A program made the position numbers and the translations under genes. From Thermoplasmata archaeon (GTDB lineage Archaea; Thermoplasmatota; Thermoplasmata; RBG-16-68-12), in NCBI GenBank assembly GCA_036395115.1, contig DASWDU010000011.1, positions 549 to 64,548 on the forward strand: a stretch of 64,000 bases of DNA, given 5' to 3'. Of the stretch, positions 60,849 through 64,000 are shown in pieces; position 1 is the first letter of the stretch, and each line of letters begins with the position of its first letter. Below the pieces are notes generated by a model, which was not told where the DNA came from, did no database searches, and worked only from the letters and a program-made list of their open reading frames with translations.

Positions 60849-60967
60849 CGGGAGTGAGTGGCTTGGCGCAGGCTCGGGACGTAGCCAGTAGAGTCAGCTG
60901 CCGCGTCCGATAACATCTGATAACTATCCAGGAAGGTTTATTCCAAATCGCTCCGTGGGCGCGCGCC

Positions 60968-61519
60968 GTGGCGTCCCGTAAGCGCGGCCTGATCGCCGTC
61001 GGTCTCGTCCTGCTCCTCATCGGCGGCTACACGCTGTACAGCTACAACCCCGCCCACACGTACCAGTCCACGTTCAACGTCCTCCCGCTGAGGTACTTCA
61101 AAATCCTTGCGAACCTCCGTGATCAGACCCGGATCACTGGTACGTTCCAGGAGACGGCTGGACGAGCCGTGGCCTTCATGGTGATGAGCAGCGCCCAGTT
61201 CGCCGCCTTCCAGGCCGCGAACACGACGACGAATGTGTATTCCCTTCCCGAGGCGGCTACCGGCAACATGGATTTCACCTCCACGGTCCCCGACGCCTAT
61301 TACCTGGTCTTCCGGCACGGGACCGGCCAATCGAACACGACCCAAACGGTCACCTTCCAGCGGACGTACACCTCCGTGGACGAAGTCGCCATCCTGTCGG
61401 GCATCGCCCTCCTCGTAATCGGGGCCGTCGAAATCTATTGGGGCTTCCGTCCGACCGGCGGCCGGGCGCCCTCGCCGCAAGCGGATCCGGGCGACGTCCC
61501 GCGGCCTCCGTGGCCCTGA
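60968..61519 (+). CDS. Membrane protein (N-terminal TM, extracellular beta domain, C-terminal TM)
   Basis: Two hydrophobic segments flanking a ~120 aa domain; ends 9 nt before the 7TM/ATP-grasp gene. Confidence 0.7.
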   Translation: MASRKRGLIAVGLVLLLIGGYTLYSYNPAHTYQSTFNVLPLRYFKILANLRDQTRITGTFQETAGRAVAFMVMSSAQFAAFQAANTTTNVYSLPEAATGNMDFTSTVPDAYYLVFRHGTGQSNTTQTVTFQRTYTSVDEVAILSGIALLVIGAVEIYWGFRPTGGRAPSPQADPGDVPRPPWP

Positions 61520-61528
61520 GGGACCCTC

Positions 61529-63265
61529 GTGAGGCGCGCGAGGCGATCGAGCCGGCGTCCCGCCAGCCGTCGCGCGTCCCTTCGGCGGCATCTCCCCTTC
61601 CTCGCCTTCCTCGTGGCGTTCACCGGGTATTGCGCGTTCCTCCAGTTCTACCTCACGGACGCATTGAACCGCCTCTACCTGGTCCGCACCTTCTTCCAGG
61701 TCGCCATCGCCGCCGCAGTGATCGCGTCGATGCGGAACGTTATCGGTGGGAGGACCCTCGGGATGTTCGGCTCCGTCATCATCGCCCTCGCGTTCCTCGC
61801 GACGGGGCTCTTCCTGGGCCTCCTGATCCTCGGCTTGATCCTGGGCGTCGTCCTGCTCGTGCGCGGCGCGCTCATCCGGGAGCGCGTGCAAGAAGCCCAC
61901 CGCGTCGCAATCCTCGTCACGATCGTGGGTGTCACGATCTCGTCGATTGCAATCATCGGTCTCGAATGGCAACAGCACGACCTGTTCTTCGCCGTCCTCT
62001 TCCCGGTGCTCATCAGCGCGTGGTTCGCGGAACGGTACGTGGAGCGCGTCACCCGCGTCGGTTGGGACGAGCCGACGAAGGCCCTGATCTGGACGGTCAT
62101 CGGGATTGCCCTGTCGTTCTTCGTGATCACGCAAGACGCCCTTGTGAACTTCGTCATGCTGACGCCGCTGACCTGGCCCCTCCTCGTCGTGATCAACTGG
62201 TTCCTTGGGACGCAGATCCGCTTTCGCCTCTTGGAACGCTATCGGTTCGGCGGCGTCTCGCGGTACGCATTAGCGGACGGACCGATCCGCGGGGATTTTG
62301 GCGACGATGTGCTCACGATGAATGTCCGGAATCGGGAGTTCGTGGCGAAGTACAATCCGCCCGAGACGATGGCAAGGCTCGGGAAGGATGAGGCGAAGCG
62401 CATCCTGATCCCAATGGGCGTGCCGATGGCGAAGACGTACGGGATCCTGCGGACGCGCGAGGACCTGGGGGCGCTTCGATCGTGGATGGAGAGTCACGAT
62501 CAATTCGTCCTCAAGCCGGCCTCGGGGCACGGCGGCGAAGGCATCGTGCTCGTCCGCGGGAAAGGCGCCGATGCCTTCAACACGAGTCTAGGACCCCTGA
62601 CGGGGCGCCAGATTGAGGCCCACGCCCTTGCGATCCTCGCCGGGGAGTACGGCGGGGACCACCGGGACGCGGCCGTGCTCGAGGAACTGCTCGAACGGCA
62701 CGAGGCTCTGCGCGCGCTCTCCCCGATTGGGCTCGCGGACGTTCGCGTGATCTCCTTCCGCGGGTATCCGGTCATGGCGATGATGCGCATTCCGACCCAA
62801 GCTTCCGGAGGCAAAGCGAACCTCCACCTTGGCGCGTTAGCCGCCGGCGTGAGGCTCTCGACGGGCACGATCGTCCACTGCGTCTGGCGGGGGGCACCGC
62901 AGCCGAATCATCCCGACACGGGCACGCCCCTCCTCGGCCAAACCGTTCCGTTCTGGGACGAGATCCTCGAACTCGCCGCGGAAGCCCAGCGCCTCTCCGG
63001 CCTCGGCTTCGCGGGCGTGGACATCTCCATCGATGCGCGACAAGGCCCCGTCGTCATGGAAGTGAATCGACGGCCGGGATTGGAGATCCAGGTCGCGAAC
63101 GCCGCGGGTCTCTTACGGCGGCTGCGGCTGATCGAGGGACTCCCGGACGGCCACCTCCCGGTGGAGGAGCGGCTCCAGGTCGTTCGGGAATTCGACGCGG
63201 GGCATTGGGGCGTCAGCCCTTTGGCGAGCCGTCGTTCGGGAACTCCGGTGGACGAGCCGGCATGA
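61529..63265 (+). CDS. Fusion of transglutaminase-associated 7TM domain and alpha-L-glutamate-ligase-like ATP-grasp domain
   Basis: MRNVIGGRTLGMF..IIALAF, LFPVLI....ER, RLLERYRF; then VLTMNVRN..YNP, FVLKPASGHGGEGI, DVRVI, GKANLHLG, GVDI, EVNRRPGLEIQVAN. Confidence 0.85.
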   Translation: MRRARRSSRRPASRRASLRRHLPFLAFLVAFTGYCAFLQFYLTDALNRLYLVRTFFQVAIAAAVIASMRNVIGGRTLGMFGSVIIALAFLATGLFLGLLILGLILGVVLLVRGALIRERVQEAHRVAILVTIVGVTISSIAIIGLEWQQHDLFFAVLFPVLISAWFAERYVERVTRVGWDEPTKALIWTVIGIALSFFVITQDALVNFVMLTPLTWPLLVVINWFLGTQIRFRLLERYRFGGVSRYALADGPIRGDFGDDVLTMNVRNREFVAKYNPPETMARLGKDEAKRILIPMGVPMAKTYGILRTREDLGALRSWMESHDQFVLKPASGHGGEGIVLVRGKGADAFNTSLGPLTGRQIEAHALAILAGEYGGDHRDAAVLEELLERHEALRALSPIGLADVRVISFRGYPVMAMMRIPTQASGGKANLHLGALAAGVRLSTGTIVHCVWRGAPQPNHPDTGTPLLGQTVPFWDEILELAAEAQRLSGLGFAGVDISIDARQGPVVMEVNRRPGLEIQVANAAGLLRRLRLIEGLPDGHLPVEERLQVVREFDAGHWGVSPLASRRSGTPVDEPA

Positions 63266-63287
63266 GCTTTGCACCGAGGTTCCGAAC

Positions 63288-64000
63288 CTAGAGGTACCCC
63301 AGCGCCCGCTTCCCGTCGATCACTCCATAGCCGTACCACGGGTCATGAGGAATTACTTGGCCCGGTGCCGCGACGGCCGACCGCGCCAGAGCCCATTTGA
63401 GTGCGAGGACGTTCGCGGTGGAGCCGGCGGGGCGGAGCTCGGGGTGGGCTTGAAGGAGGAGCGCGACGATCCCCGCCGCGACCGCCGTCGAGGGGCTCGT
63501 TCCGGTCAAGGTTACGTAGTGGGCGCCCGGTGCGGTCGAGATGATTTGGACCCCGGGCGCTGTCACCTCGGGCTTCAGGTTCGGATCCGTCCGATTCCCG
63601 ACGAAACTCGCAGACGAAAACGACGCGACGCGTCCCGACGCGTCGACTGCGCCGACGGCGAGGGCCAGAGGGACGTTCGCCGGGATTTCCACATCGCCGT
63701 CGTCGAACGGCCCGCCATCGTTCCCGGCCGCGGCCACGACGATCACGCCGCGATCGAGGGCCCATTGGGCCGCGACCGAGACCTCGGTCCCGACGAAGAG
63801 CGGAGCGGAGGAGCCCAAGGAGACCGAGATGATGTCGGCGCCGCGGGTCCCGTCTCCGAAGGGGTCCACACAAAACCGGATGCCGTCGGCAACGACACGG
63901 GAACTCCCGAAACCGGTGTTGTTGATTGCCTTCGCCACAAGGAGAGCGGCATCCGGTGCAATGCCTCTCAGGCTGCCGTTCGCGGCGATGAGTCCGGCCA
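63288..64000 (-). CDS. S8 subtilisin-like serine protease, 5'-truncated by window edge
   Basis: GIAPDA, SVSLG, VAAAGNDG, AVGAVD, KPEVTAPG, TGTSPST, YGYG. Confidence 0.88.
   Translation of the reverse strand, partial: AGLIAANGSLRGIAPDAALLVAKAINNTGFGSSRVVADGIRFCVDPFGDGTRGADIISVSLGSSAPLFVGTEVSVAAQWALDRGVIVVAAAGNDGGPFDDGDVEIPANVPLALAVGAVDASGRVASFSSASFVGNRTDPNLKPEVTAPGVQIISTAPGAHYVTLTGTSPSTAVAAGIVALLLQAHPELRPAGSTANVLALKWALARSAVAAPGQVIPHDPWYGYGVIDGKRALGYL

Overview
High-GC archaeal chromosomal segment. The gene set (S19e/L39e/L31e/aIF6, L21e/Rpo4, Alba, Sec61beta, Pus10, NreA, DUF835, geranylgeranyl reductases, SAMP) is clearly archaeal and most compatible with a Thermoplasmata-like lineage (inference). 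It contains the end of a complex I-like operon (nuoM-nuoN), dinB, malic enzyme, an isoprenoid/ether-lipid gene cluster, two ribosomal operons, split glycine decarboxylase (gcvPA/PB), tRNA-Ser(CGA) with a near-complete downstream duplicate, and a glycolate/lactate-glyoxylate cluster (LUD proteins, glcD-like oxidoreductase, glycerate kinase, malate synthase). The right end encodes a secreted copper-amine-oxidase-like protein, a fused 7TM + ATP-grasp peptide ligase and a subtilase. Best novelty candidates: the 7TM/ATP-grasp fusion locus, the compact amine-oxidase-like exoprotein, an orphan DDxxD isoprenoid-synthase-fold protein beside the lipid genes, and a receptor-like C4HC3 RING/PHD + DUF835 protein. 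No CRISPR array, rRNA, transposase or integrase was seen. All family assignments come from motif recognition by eye, not database searches, and some start codons are best guesses.
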